Source of the DNA: Alistipes sp. | GTDB lineage: Bacteria; Bacteroidota; Bacteroidia; Bacteroidales; Rikenellaceae | DNA length: 60,209 bases | Reading direction: 5' to 3' | Assembly: GCA_017628735.1 (NCBI GenBank) | Contig: JAGBYO010000136.1 | Coordinates: forward strand, 1 to 60,209 | In this document: piece by piece, positions 17,631 to 27,476 of the stretch | Numbering within the stretch: the stretch's first letter is position 1 | Layout of the letters: each line of letters starts with the position of its first letter | The notes under the pieces: generated by a model | Seen by the model: only the letters and a program-made list of their open reading frames with translations | The model's database searches: none | What the model was told of the DNA's origin: nothing | Program-made: the position numbers and the translations under genes

Positions 17631-18366
17631 TAGTGAGGGCGTTGACCCCGATTTGTTCGACCAGGAGATAGCACAACTTACCGACGCTACGGGTAGCGTT
17701 GGCGCAACATTCCTCGGTATTCCGCTTTGCGATACCACCTCGCTGTTGCAACTGCTGTTGCAGTTTACGCTCAACCTCGCCGTCTGTTTCCTTATCGTGC
17801 GCTGCTTCTACTACCCCAAGAGCCACCGCAAGGACTTCTCTGTTACCTTTATGCTCTTCTCGTCGGCAGTCTTTTTGCTCCTCTTCTTTATGAAGTCGGT
17901 GGGCATCGATGTGAGCATCGGTCTCGGACTGTTTATGATTTTCGGCATTATGCGCTACCGCACCGAGATGGTGCCTATCCGCGAGATGACCTACCTCTTT
18001 TTGTCGATTGCCGTGGCGGTTATCAACGGCATCAACCTTATGGTATCGTATGCCGAGCTGTTGGCAGCTAACGGCCTGATTCTCCTTATCTTGGCGGTCT
18101 TGGAATATGGCGTTATGCGCCGTCAGATTGCCACCCGTCTGGTCTGCTATGAGCGTATCGACCTTATCCGCCCCGAGCGCCGTGAGGAGCTTATCGCCGA
18201 CCTCGAGGAGCGCCTTGGCCACAAGGTCGAGGGTGTCGATGTTGGCAATGTCGATTTCTTGCGCGATGTTGCCTTCCTCAAGGTGCACTACATAGCTCGC
18301 AAGGGCGAGCAGCCTATGACCGAGCCCACAATGAAGATTAACGAGAAAAACGCATTTAATCAATAA
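17617..18366 (+). CDS. DUF4956 family membrane protein
   Basis: GLGLFMIFGIMRYRT, IREMTYLF, YERIDLIRPE; follows VTC gene. Confidence 0.85.
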   Translation: MIRFDSEGVDPDLFDQEIAQLTDATGSVGATFLGIPLCDTTSLLQLLLQFTLNLAVCFLIVRCFYYPKSHRKDFSVTFMLFSSAVFLLLFFMKSVGIDVSIGLGLFMIFGIMRYRTEMVPIREMTYLFLSIAVAVINGINLMVSYAELLAANGLILLILAVLEYGVMRRQIATRLVCYERIDLIRPERREELIADLEERLGHKVEGVDVGNVDFLRDVAFLKVHYIARKGEQPMTEPTMKINEKNAFNQ

Positions 18367-18369
18367 GTT

Positions 18370-19152
18370 ATGAGAAAGATAACCACCATAATAGCGCTCC
18401 TTGTGAGCACCCTCTCGCTCTCGGCACAGGAGCTTACGCCTACGGTTAGCAACACCAACGACTTCCGTGGTCGCATCGAGGGCGACTTCGAGTGGGAGAT
18501 TGTGAAAAACCTATCGTTGGAGGCAGGTGTTCAGCTACGCCTCAACAACGACTTCGCCTCGGTAGACCGTATCCAGAGCACCGTGGGTCTCGAATATGAG
18601 GTTAACAAATATTTCAACCTCGGCGCCGACTACGCCCTCTTGAACAACTACGACCACACCGACAAGGTTTGGGAGAAGCCTCGCCACCGCGTAAACATCA
18701 ACCTCGAGGGAAATATCAAGGCTGGTCGTGTGGAGTTCTCGTTGCGCGAAAGGTTGCAGACCACATTCCGCACCGACTCGGTAAACCGCTACGAGAAGCC
18801 CAACCCACAGCTTGTGTTGCGCTCACGCCTTATGGCAGAGTACAATATCCGCCACTCGGCGTGGACACCCTACCTTATGTTTGAGCTTCATAACACGCTC
18901 AACGCCCCCAAGGTTGTTGCCAACTTCAAGGAGGATAAATTCGGCATCGACAACTACATCACGCGCTATCGTGCCGGCATCGGTGTCAAGTACCGCATCA
19001 CCCGTAGCCACCGCCTTGATTTCTACTACTACTTCGACTACGACCGTGGCTATAACATTGACTACAAGGGTAATAAGGGCGACCTCAAGGGCTATGTTCA
19101 GGAGAACGAGTTTCGCCATATCTTTGGCATAAGCTACAAATTCAAGCTCTGA
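18370..19152 (+). CDS. DUF2490-like outer-membrane beta-barrel
   Basis: Signal peptide, RHR, FSLRERLQ, LRSRL, PY..FE, HIFGISYKFKL. Confidence 0.75.
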   Translation: MRKITTIIALLVSTLSLSAQELTPTVSNTNDFRGRIEGDFEWEIVKNLSLEAGVQLRLNNDFASVDRIQSTVGLEYEVNKYFNLGADYALLNNYDHTDKVWEKPRHRVNINLEGNIKAGRVEFSLRERLQTTFRTDSVNRYEKPNPQLVLRSRLMAEYNIRHSAWTPYLMFELHNTLNAPKVVANFKEDKFGIDNYITRYRAGIGVKYRITRSHRLDFYYYFDYDRGYNIDYKGNKGDLKGYVQENEFRHIFGISYKFKL

Positions 19153-19697
19153 TGCTACGCCGTTTTGCCATAGTCGTTTTGGCTCTAGTCGCCACACTCA
19201 CCGCCACGGCGCGTGAGCCACTCTATGTGGTCAATGGCGAGGTTGTAGCCACCATCGAGGGCATTCCACAGGAGGATATCGAGTCGATAGATGTGTTGCC
19301 GGCCAACGAGGAGACCATCGCCGAATGGGGCTTGGAGGCCTCCGAGGGCGTTATCCTCGTTAAGCTACGCTACGACACCCCTGCCCGCTTCTCGGCAGAG
19401 GGTCACACCAACTTTACCGAGTACCTCGCCTCGAAGGTCAAGTGGAACGAGAATATGCCTGCCGAGCGAGTGTCGCTACGCCTAACCATCGGCACCGACG
19501 GCAGAGCAACCGTTAGCGAGGTGTTGCAATCCACCTCTCGCCAATTCCTTAAGCGAGTCGAAAAGGCTATCGGTCTTTCACCCCTTTGGAGCCCTGCAAC
19601 ACGCGACGGCAAGGCGGTTGAGAGCATAGTGCTTGTTAACCTGCAACTACCTGAGGGCAAGGAGCTTCCCGTGGAGCGTGCCGTAATTATACTTTAA
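19152..19697 (+). CDS. Secreted plug-motif plus TonB C-terminal domain protein
   Basis: Signal peptide; PLYVVNG...IESIDVL...GVILV; WSPATRDGKAV. Confidence 0.6.
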   Translation: MLRRFAIVVLALVATLTATAREPLYVVNGEVVATIEGIPQEDIESIDVLPANEETIAEWGLEASEGVILVKLRYDTPARFSAEGHTNFTEYLASKVKWNENMPAERVSLRLTIGTDGRATVSEVLQSTSRQFLKRVEKAIGLSPLWSPATRDGKAVESIVLVNLQLPEGKELPVERAVIIL

Positions 19698-19699
19698 CG

Positions 19700-20971
19700 A
19701 TGATTGAGCCACTAAACATAACGACATCACCCACCGAGAGCCTTACGCTGGTCGACCTTCAGCGTATGGTGCGCTCGACTATCGAGGGGCGTTTTGCGGA
19801 GCCGTTGTGGGTGAGTGCCGAGATCTCGGAGCTCAAGCTCAATCGCTCGGGACACTGCTACCTCAACCTTGTTGAGAAGGGGACTAATAGTGGCACACCC
19901 CAAGCCGAGGCTCGTGCCGTTATCTGGCGCTCGGCATATCAGCGCTTGGCAACGGTTTTTGAGGAGCTCTCGGGCACACGCCTTGCTGCGGGCATCCGTG
20001 TCTTGGTGCGTGTCTTGGTCACCTTCCACGAGGTCTACGGCTTTATGTTGCAGATTGTCGACCTCGACCCCGCTTACACCTTGGGCGAGGTGGAGAGGCG
20101 TAAGCGCGAGACCATAGCGCAACTCCAGAGGGATGGTGTATGGGATATGAACCGAGAGTGCAATATGCCCCGCCCAGCACTCCGTATCGCCATTGTGTCG
20201 AGCGCTACGGCTGCTGGTTATCAAGATTTTATGCGCGAGGTAGGGCGAACACCCTACCGCTTTCGCTTCACCCTCTTCGAGAGCTTGATGCAGGGCGACA
20301 ATGCCGAACGGAGCATTATAAATTCGCTTGTTGCGATTGCCGAGCGTGAGGAGGAGTTCGATGCTGTGGTCATCATTCGTGGCGGTGGCTCGACCAGCGA
20401 CCTCGGCATCTTCGACAGCTATATGGTGGCATCCTCGGTGGCGCAATTTCCGCTACCCATCATCTCGGGCATCGGTCACGACAAGGATGTGAGCATTGTC
20501 GATATGGTGGCACATACGGCGTGTAAGACGCCTACCGCCGTGGCAACGCACCTTGTCGAGTTGGTAGATGGCGAAATGGCGCTTATCGACGACCTCGCAC
20601 AGCGCCTTCGTGATGGCATCGCACGCCGAATGGCTAACGAGAGGTTACGCCTTGAGCGCTCTACGGCCGACCTTCGCAACCTTGTCTCGGTGAAGCTAAC
20701 ACGCGAAAACCTACGCCTCGATGCTCTTGATGAGGGCATCATCGGCGAGGCTCGCTCGCTAATTGCCCGCGAGAAGCAGAGACTCGATGCTGCTGCCGAC
20801 ACCGCTGAGGCACGCTCGCCTGAGCGCCTCTTACGCCTTGGCTTTGCCGTCTTGCGCTCGGCAGAGAGGAGCCTGCGCTCCGTGTCGCAACTAAGCGAGG
20901 GCGACACCATACAAATCGAAATGGCAGATGGCAACGCCACAGCCGAAATAAAGACGATAACAAAGAAGTAA
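19700..20971 (+). CDS. xseA: Exodeoxyribonuclease VII large subunit
   Basis: AEISEL..RSGHCY, IIRGGGS, SGIGHDKD, KTPTAVA. Confidence 0.95.
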   Translation: MIEPLNITTSPTESLTLVDLQRMVRSTIEGRFAEPLWVSAEISELKLNRSGHCYLNLVEKGTNSGTPQAEARAVIWRSAYQRLATVFEELSGTRLAAGIRVLVRVLVTFHEVYGFMLQIVDLDPAYTLGEVERRKRETIAQLQRDGVWDMNRECNMPRPALRIAIVSSATAAGYQDFMREVGRTPYRFRFTLFESLMQGDNAERSIINSLVAIAEREEEFDAVVIIRGGGSTSDLGIFDSYMVASSVAQFPLPIISGIGHDKDVSIVDMVAHTACKTPTAVATHLVELVDGEMALIDDLAQRLRDGIARRMANERLRLERSTADLRNLVSVKLTRENLRLDALDEGIIGEARSLIAREKQRLDAAADTAEARSPERLLRLGFAVLRSAERSLRSVSQLSEGDTIQIEMADGNATAEIKTITKK

Positions 20972-20975
20972 CTAT

Positions 20976-21173
20976 ATGGCAAAGAAGAAGTTAAATTATG
21001 CGGAAGCGATGGCAGAGTTGGAGGTTATCCTTGCTCGCCTGCGCTCCGATGAACTCTCGGTCGACGACCTTTCGAAGAGTGTAGCCCGTGCTACGGAGCT
21101 TATCGCCGAGTGCCGTGCAATACTTACCACCACCGAGGAGGAGGTCGAGAAATTGGTAAACACCGAGGCTTAA
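20976..21173 (+). CDS. xseB: Exodeoxyribonuclease VII small subunit
   Basis: YAEAMAELE..L..L...LSVDDL; follows xseA. Confidence 0.9.
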   Translation: MAKKKLNYAEAMAELEVILARLRSDELSVDDLSKSVARATELIAECRAILTTTEEEVEKLVNTEA

Positions 21174-21947
21174 GTGAAACGATTTATTCGCTGGATACTC
21201 AACCACATACCCCGCACAGCGTTACAGCGCATTGCAGGGTGGGCGGTGCCCATTATGGGTCTCGCCTACTTGGGTCGTGGCCGTGAGTGTCCTATATGCC
21301 ACACTCGCCGTCGCAAGTTCCTACCCTACGGCTATGTTCGCTCGCGCGAGGATGCCCTGTGTCCGAGCTGTCTATCTCTGGAGCGCCATCGTATGATATG
21401 GCTGTGGATAGAGCGCAACACCGACCTCTTCCGGAGTCGCCCACGCCTACTCCACATAGCACCCGAAGTGTCGCTAATGCGCCACTTTCGGCGCCTATAT
21501 CGTGGCACGGATGGCTATATTACCGCCGATTTGGAGTCACCTTTGGCTGATATGCACTTCGATGTACAATCTATCCCCCTTGCCGAGCGTTCGGTAGATG
21601 TGGTGATTGCCAACCACCTCTTGGAGCATATCGCCGACGATAGGCGTGCAATGAGCGAGATTTACCGCATTATGCGCCCTGGCGGTTGGGGCATTATCAT
21701 CGTTCCCGAAGACCGCAACCGTGCCACAACCTTCGAGGACGACACAATCACCGACCCCGAGGAGCGCACACGGCTATTTGGTCAGTATGACCACCGCCGA
21801 GTCTATGGTCGTGACTACGATGACAGACTACGCGAGGCGGGCTTCATAGTGGAGCGCATACCCTTCGAGGCGATGCTCTCCGAGAGCGAACAACAACTCT
21901 ACAAAGTGGGTGGTGACGACCTTATCGTCATTCGTAAACCATTGTGA
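21174..21947 (+). CDS. Class I SAM-dependent methyltransferase with N-terminal Zn ribbon
   Basis: CPIC/CPSC, LERHR, LLHIAPE, NHLLEHI, RIMRPGG, FGQYDH. Confidence 0.8.
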   Translation: MKRFIRWILNHIPRTALQRIAGWAVPIMGLAYLGRGRECPICHTRRRKFLPYGYVRSREDALCPSCLSLERHRMIWLWIERNTDLFRSRPRLLHIAPEVSLMRHFRRLYRGTDGYITADLESPLADMHFDVQSIPLAERSVDVVIANHLLEHIADDRRAMSEIYRIMRPGGWGIIIVPEDRNRATTFEDDTITDPEERTRLFGQYDHRRVYGRDYDDRLREAGFIVERIPFEAMLSESEQQLYKVGGDDLIVIRKPL

Positions 21948-21949
21948 TT

Positions 21950-24160
21950 ATGAGCGTTTTACAAAGATATAGTGCGCTACGCGACTATGTAGCCAAGAAC
22001 TTTTCGACTACCACTGTTGAGATGGTCGACCACGCCTTAGGCTTTGCCGATAAGCACCTTAAGGGGTATGAGCGCTACGACCATACGCCGATGCTCGACC
22101 ACGGCGTAGGCGTTGCACAAATCGTTATCGAGGATATCGGTCTTGGCCGTAACTCCGCCATCGCCTCTATCATCCACGATGTGGTGCGCATCGCCATTCA
22201 GCAGAGCCAGCCTACCGACGAGCTCTTTGCCGCAATCCGCCGTGATTATGGCGAAGAGGTGCTCGGCATTGTCTTGGCGCTCTGCAAGATTTCGGATATC
22301 AAGCTCAAGGTGTCGAAGGAGCAGGCATCGGACTTCCGCGATATGATTGTGTCGTACTCCGAAGACCCCCGAGTGATACTTATCAAACTCGCTGATAGGT
22401 TGGAGGTTATGCGCTCGCTCTCGATATTCCCCGAGGCAAAGCGCCGCACCAAGAGCTGGGAGAGCCTCAACCTCTATGCGCAGATTGCCCACAAGCTCGG
22501 ACTATATGCCATCAAGAGCGAGTTGGAGGATTTGTCGCTCAAGTATCTCGAGACCGAGGCATACAACCATATCGTTCACGAACTCAAGGAGAGCGAGGAG
22601 GAGCGAATGGCATTTATCGAGGAGTTCCTAAAACCCGTGCGTGAGTTGCTCGACCGCGATGGCTTGAAGTATCATATCAAGAGCCGCACCAAGTCGGTAT
22701 ACTCCATCTTCCAGAAGATGCGCAAGCAGAAGGTCAGCTTCAAGGGCGTCTACGACATCTTCGCCCTGCGCATCATCATCGACTGCCCCGTGGAGCGCGA
22801 GAAGGCACTCTGCTGGACTGTCTATTCGCATATCGCAAGCCTCTACACGCCCAACCCCGAGCGTATGCGCGACTGGATATCTATCCCAAAATCAAATGGT
22901 TATGAGTCGTTGCACACCACCGTCTCGGCAGGTGGTGGTCGTTGGGTCGAGGTGCAGATACGCACCGAGCGTATGGACGAGGTGGCAGAGCGTGGTATCG
23001 CCGCACACTGGCGCTACAAGGGTATCAAGCAGGGCGGTATGGGTGCCGAGGAGTGGTTGCAGAGACTTCGTGAGATGCTCGAAGATACCACCTCGGAGTC
23101 TATCGCACATCGCTTCTCGGAGCGACCTACGACCAACGAGATATTTGTATTCACCCCTTCGGGCGATATCCGCAAACTCCCCGAGGGTGCTACCGTCTTG
23201 GACTTCGCCTTCGATATCCACACCTCGTTGGGTGCTATTTGCGTGGGTGGCAAGATTGGTGGCAGGGTTGTGCCTATCAAGGAGCCGTTGCACAATGGCG
23301 ATATCTGCGAGGTGCTGACACGCCGTGACCAGACACCCAAGGCGGACTGGCTCACAATCTGCGTCACGCAGAAGGCACGCTCACGCATCCGTGCATTCTT
23401 GCGTGAGGAGCGACAGAAGCACGCCCGACTGGGTCGCGAGGAGCTGGAGCGCAAGCTGAAGAATTGGAAGATGGATATCGCTATAGATGAGGCAGTTGCC
23501 TATCTTTCGAAACACTTCAAGGTGCGCCGAGGCATCGAGGTATATACGCTAATTGCCGACCAGAAGGTAGAGCTTTCACAGATAAAAGATATCCTCAATC
23601 ACTGGCTCTCGGGCGAGGCAGACGAGCAACGCCGACAGGCGGCTGCCGAGGTCGAGGAGCATAAGGCGCGACTGCGCGAGGAGCGTTCGGAGAGTACACC
23701 ACAGCGCACCGATGCCCTGATTATCGACGAGCGTATTAATAATATAGAGTACAAACTCGGCAAGTGTTGCAACCCCATCAAGGGCGATGATATTTTCGGC
23801 TTTATCACCATTAGTGCCGGTATCACCATCCACCGCACCGACTGCCCCAATGCTCGCCGTATGAGGGAGCGATACCCCTATCGTGTGATGGAGGCTCGCT
23901 GGCGTGAGGGCACATCGGGTGCTTTCCGTGTTACGGTGGCAATCTCGGCAGCCGATATCCCGGGCTTGGCAACGACGATTATGGATATCGCATCCAAGGA
24001 GCTGAAACTCTCGGTGCGTGGCATCAACTTCACCCCCAAGGGCGATGGCTCAGCCTCGGTGCAGCTCTCTGTCGAGGTGCCGAGCGTGGGCGTTGTCGAT
24101 ATGCTGCTGCACTCGCTACGCCGTGTCAAAGGTGTAAAAAATGCATATAGAATTAACTAA
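21950..24160 (+). CDS. relA: Long RelA/SpoT homolog with degenerate HD domain
   Basis: SYNTH (KSNGYESLH, EVQIRT), AAHWRYK, TGS (DFAFDIHT), CC, ACT; HDVVRI and DRLEVMR replace HDxxED and DRLHNMR. Confidence 0.9.
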   Translation: MSVLQRYSALRDYVAKNFSTTTVEMVDHALGFADKHLKGYERYDHTPMLDHGVGVAQIVIEDIGLGRNSAIASIIHDVVRIAIQQSQPTDELFAAIRRDYGEEVLGIVLALCKISDIKLKVSKEQASDFRDMIVSYSEDPRVILIKLADRLEVMRSLSIFPEAKRRTKSWESLNLYAQIAHKLGLYAIKSELEDLSLKYLETEAYNHIVHELKESEEERMAFIEEFLKPVRELLDRDGLKYHIKSRTKSVYSIFQKMRKQKVSFKGVYDIFALRIIIDCPVEREKALCWTVYSHIASLYTPNPERMRDWISIPKSNGYESLHTTVSAGGGRWVEVQIRTERMDEVAERGIAAHWRYKGIKQGGMGAEEWLQRLREMLEDTTSESIAHRFSERPTTNEIFVFTPSGDIRKLPEGATVLDFAFDIHTSLGAICVGGKIGGRVVPIKEPLHNGDICEVLTRRDQTPKADWLTICVTQKARSRIRAFLREERQKHARLGREELERKLKNWKMDIAIDEAVAYLSKHFKVRRGIEVYTLIADQKVELSQIKDILNHWLSGEADEQRRQAAAEVEEHKARLREERSESTPQRTDALIIDERINNIEYKLGKCCNPIKGDDIFGFITISAGITIHRTDCPNARRMRERYPYRVMEARWREGTSGAFRVTVAISAADIPGLATTIMDIASKELKLSVRGINFTPKGDGSASVQLSVEVPSVGVVDMLLHSLRRVKGVKNAYRIN

Positions 24161-24179
24161 CCTATAACTTTATAACGAT

Positions 24180-24521
24180 ATGAGCTTTGAAGATATCCGT
24201 TGCCCTTGGGGCGACACCCTAAAAACTTGTGCTATTACGGTTTGCGACCTTGATGGCGTGGTGCTTTACCAGAACAAGCGCTCGATAGAGGTAAATGGCG
24301 ATGTCCGCGATAAGTCGATGATACCTTGCCACTCGGAGCGTTCACGCCAGATTATCAACCACCTGATGACCCAGGGCGAGAACAACGCCTACACCATCCA
24401 GAAGGGCGACCTTCGCAAACTTATCTACCAAACCCCTTGGTACGAATCTGGCGAGATAGCGGGTCTAGTGGAGTTCTCCCTCGAAATCCCCGCCGAGATG
24501 CCCCACTATGTCCGTGGCTAA
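24180..24521 (+). CDS. Small stand-alone PAS-like protein
   Basis: AITVCDLDGVVLYQN, PCH, YTIQKG..KLIYQTPWY..GLVEFS. Confidence 0.7.
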   Translation: MSFEDIRCPWGDTLKTCAITVCDLDGVVLYQNKRSIEVNGDVRDKSMIPCHSERSRQIINHLMTQGENNAYTIQKGDLRKLIYQTPWYESGEIAGLVEFSLEIPAEMPHYVRG

Positions 24522-24543
24522 TCTCAACTAATAATAAACGACA

Positions 24544-24570
24544 AAGGGCTATCCACCGCAGATAGCCCTT
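24544..24570. terminator. Hairpin between convergent genes
   Basis: AAGGGCTATC-N7-GATAGCCCTT. Confidence 0.65.
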
Positions 24571-24581
24571 AATCTTATATA

Positions 24582-24703
24582 TAGAGCGACCAAAAAGGAT
24601 GAAGTACAAGGCTTGCGAAACCCGAGATACCGCAGCATACTGAAGCGTAGTGAGGATATCGAGGGTGAGCGTAACGCAGTAATTCGCCTTTTTCGTCGTT
24701 CTA
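24582..24703 (-). repeat. Palindromic element (RPE-like, ~122 bp) starting at the dxs stop codon
   Basis: IR TAGAGCGACCAAAAAGG / CCTTTTTCGTCGTTCTA; core CCGCAGCATAC-loop-GTAGTGAGGAT. Confidence 0.75.
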
Positions 24704-26563
24704 CTTCTCAATCGCTTTTAGAAGTGCCCCCTCATCATAGCCACAGTCGGCATAGAGTTCGGCGGGTTTGCCGTGCTCAACAAAGCTATCGTTGATGCCC
24801 AAGGTCGAAATCTTGGGCGAAAGGTTGTTGCGAGCGATAAGTGCAGCGATGGTCTCGCCAACGCCACCTCGCAAGATGCCATCTTCAATGGTGATAATAT
24901 GCTTGAAGTGGCGGGCAACATCCAAGATAAGTGCCTCATCCAGAGGCTTTACATAGCGCAAGTCGTAGACCGCAACACTCTTTGAACTCTTCTCGGCAGC
25001 ACGCATCGCCACATTTGCCATTGTGCCAACAGCCAACACAGCGACATCCGAGCCCTCCTTTAGGCACTCGCCCTTGCCCACTTCGACACTCTCAAATGGC
25101 ACACCCTGCCACTCGACACCCTCGCCAACACCTCGTGGATAGCGCAGTACCGAGGGCGACTCCTGTTGCAATGCGGTGTACATCATCTGTCGGAGCATCA
25201 GCTCGTTACGCGGTGCTGCGATAGTGAGGTTAGGCACACAGGCAAAGTATGCCATATCGAAGGCGCCGTGGTGTGTTGCGCCATCCTCGCCAACGATACC
25301 TGCACGGTCGAGGCAGAGGACAACGGGGAGATTTTGGAGCGCTATATCGTGGATTACATTGTCGTAGGCGCGCTGCATAAACGACGAGTAGATATTGCAG
25401 AAGGGGCGTGCACCCTGTGCTGCCAAGCCTGCCGAGAATGTCACGGCGTGACCCTCAGCGATACCGACATCGAAGCAGCGGTCGGGCATCTCACGCATCA
25501 TAATATTGAGCGAGCATCCCGAGGGCATTGCGGGTGTGATGCCCACGATGCGCTCATCACGGCGTGCAAGGTCGAGAAGTGTCTCACCAAAGACATCCTG
25601 ATAGCGCGAGGCGGTGTAGGCACCCTTGATGCGCTCACCAGTCTTTACATCGAACTTGCCAGGTGCGTGCCATACCGAGGGGTCTGCCTCGGCAGGGGCA
25701 TAGCCCTTACCCTTGCGGGTCTTGATATGCAGCAACTTTGGGCCACCGATGCGCTTCAAGCTACGCAAGGTATGCACCAACTCCACAACATCGTGGCCAT
25801 CGACAGGTGCAAAATAACGAAGGTTAAGGCTCTCGAAGAGGTTGCTATTTTTAAGAAGTCCCTGCTTTATGGCATTACCCGACTTACGGATAAAGTTGAG
25901 CACAGGAGGTGCCACAGAGAGCATACGCCAAAGGGTGCGCTTCAATGAGTTGTACCACTTCGAAGTAGACATACGCACCAAGTAGCGGTCGAGAGCGCCA
26001 GCGGGCTCGTCGATAGACATCTCGTTGTCGTTGAGCACGACAAGAAGGTCGGTTGTGGGCGAGACACCAGCATTGTTGAGTGCCTCAAATGCCAAACCGC
26101 CCGTAAGAGCGCCATCGCCAATAACGGCGACCACATGCTCTTTGCCACCCTGCATCTCGATAGCCTTTGCCATACCGAAGGCTGCCGATATGCTCACCGA
26201 CGAGTGACCACCGCCAAAGGCGTCGTACTCACTCTCCGCCATACGCGGGAAGCCACTGATGCCACCACGGGTGCGGTTGTTGCGGAATGCCTCACGGCGA
26301 CCTGTGAGAATCTTATGGGCGTAGGCCTGATGACCGACATCCCACACAAGGCGGTCGGCAGGGGTGTCGTAGACATAGTGCAGAGCCACGGCAAGCTCCA
26401 CCGCACCAAGACTCGAACCGAGGTGGCCAGGGTTTACAGCGCAACACTCCAAGATATACTCTCTTAGTTCTGCACATACCGCCTCAAGCTCCTCGACCTT
26501 CAGACGCTTGAGGTCTGCGGGTGAGTTGATAGTATCAAGATATCTCTGTTTCTCCTCTGCCAT
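24701..26563 (-). CDS. dxs: 1-deoxy-D-xylulose-5-phosphate synthase
   Basis: GHLGSSLGAVEL, WDVGHQAY, GDGALTGG, DVGIAEGHAV, DRAG..GEDGATH; ATG 26563 preferred. Confidence 0.96.
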   Translation of the reverse strand: MAEEKQRYLDTINSPADLKRLKVEELEAVCAELREYILECCAVNPGHLGSSLGAVELAVALHYVYDTPADRLVWDVGHQAYAHKILTGRREAFRNNRTRGGISGFPRMAESEYDAFGGGHSSVSISAAFGMAKAIEMQGGKEHVVAVIGDGALTGGLAFEALNNAGVSPTTDLLVVLNDNEMSIDEPAGALDRYLVRMSTSKWYNSLKRTLWRMLSVAPPVLNFIRKSGNAIKQGLLKNSNLFESLNLRYFAPVDGHDVVELVHTLRSLKRIGGPKLLHIKTRKGKGYAPAEADPSVWHAPGKFDVKTGERIKGAYTASRYQDVFGETLLDLARRDERIVGITPAMPSGCSLNIMMREMPDRCFDVGIAEGHAVTFSAGLAAQGARPFCNIYSSFMQRAYDNVIHDIALQNLPVVLCLDRAGIVGEDGATHHGAFDMAYFACVPNLTIAAPRNELMLRQMMYTALQQESPSVLRYPRGVGEGVEWQGVPFESVEVGKGECLKEGSDVAVLAVGTMANVAMRAAEKSSKSVAVYDLRYVKPLDEALILDVARHFKHIITIEDGILRGGVGETIAALIARNNLSPKISTLGINDSFVEHGKPAELYADCGYDEGALLKAIEK

Positions 26564-26738
26564 AGCTACTACATTTTGCCCCGAGGGCATAATATCTATT
26601 CTACAAAGGTAGCAAAATTTTTCGTTATACGCACTTTATCGACCAAAAATGCACATAATAGATAAAGTGTTGGCCAAAACATTATGATTTTTCGAGAAAA
26701 AATACTATCTTCGCACAAATTAAAACAAATCAAAGATT

Positions 26739-27455
26739 ATGGCTAATACAGCGTACAAGAGAATACTTCTAAAACTTAGCGGCGAGTCGTTGCAGGGCAA
26801 GCAGAACTATGGACACGATGTCGAGGTGCTCAAGGCATATGCCGAGCAGATTAAGACAATCCGCGATATGGGTGTTGAGATTGGCATTGTCATCGGTGGT
26901 GGCAACATCTTCCGTGGCATTCAGGGTGCTGGTCGTGGCTTCGACCGCGTAAAGGGCGACCAGATGGGTATGCTCGCTACAATCATCAACTCGTTAGCGT
27001 TGCAGTCGGCATTGGAGTCGGCAGGCGTTAAGTGCAAGGTTTTGACCTCTATCCGTATGGAGCCTATCGGCGAGTACTACTCAAAGGCGAAGGCTATAGA
27101 GTACATGGAGGCGGGCTACATCGTAATCATCGGTGGTGGCACCTCTAACCCCTACTTCTCGACCGACACCGCCTCGGCATTGCGTGGCATCGAAATCGAG
27201 GCCGACATTATGTTCAAGGGCACTCGCGTAGATGGCATCTACACCGCCGACCCCGAGAAGGACCCCACAGCGACAAAGTTCGACACTATCACCTTCGACG
27301 AGGTCTTGGCACGCCGCTTGAAGGTTATGGACCAGACGGCATTTACACTCTGCCGCGAGAACCACTTGCCCCTCGTTGTCTTCGATATGGACACCGTGGG
27401 CAACTTGGAGAAGGTCATTCGTGGCGAGAACATCGGCACCGTCGTAACAGAGTAA
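26739..27455 (+). CDS. pyrH: UMP kinase
   Basis: LLKLSGE, GGGNIFRG, NPYFSTD. Confidence 0.97.
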   Translation: MANTAYKRILLKLSGESLQGKQNYGHDVEVLKAYAEQIKTIRDMGVEIGIVIGGGNIFRGIQGAGRGFDRVKGDQMGMLATIINSLALQSALESAGVKCKVLTSIRMEPIGEYYSKAKAIEYMEAGYIVIIGGGTSNPYFSTDTASALRGIEIEADIMFKGTRVDGIYTADPEKDPTATKFDTITFDEVLARRLKVMDQTAFTLCRENHLPLVVFDMDTVGNLEKVIRGENIGTVVTE

Positions 27456-27476
27456 CTTACCTTAAATCAAACGATT

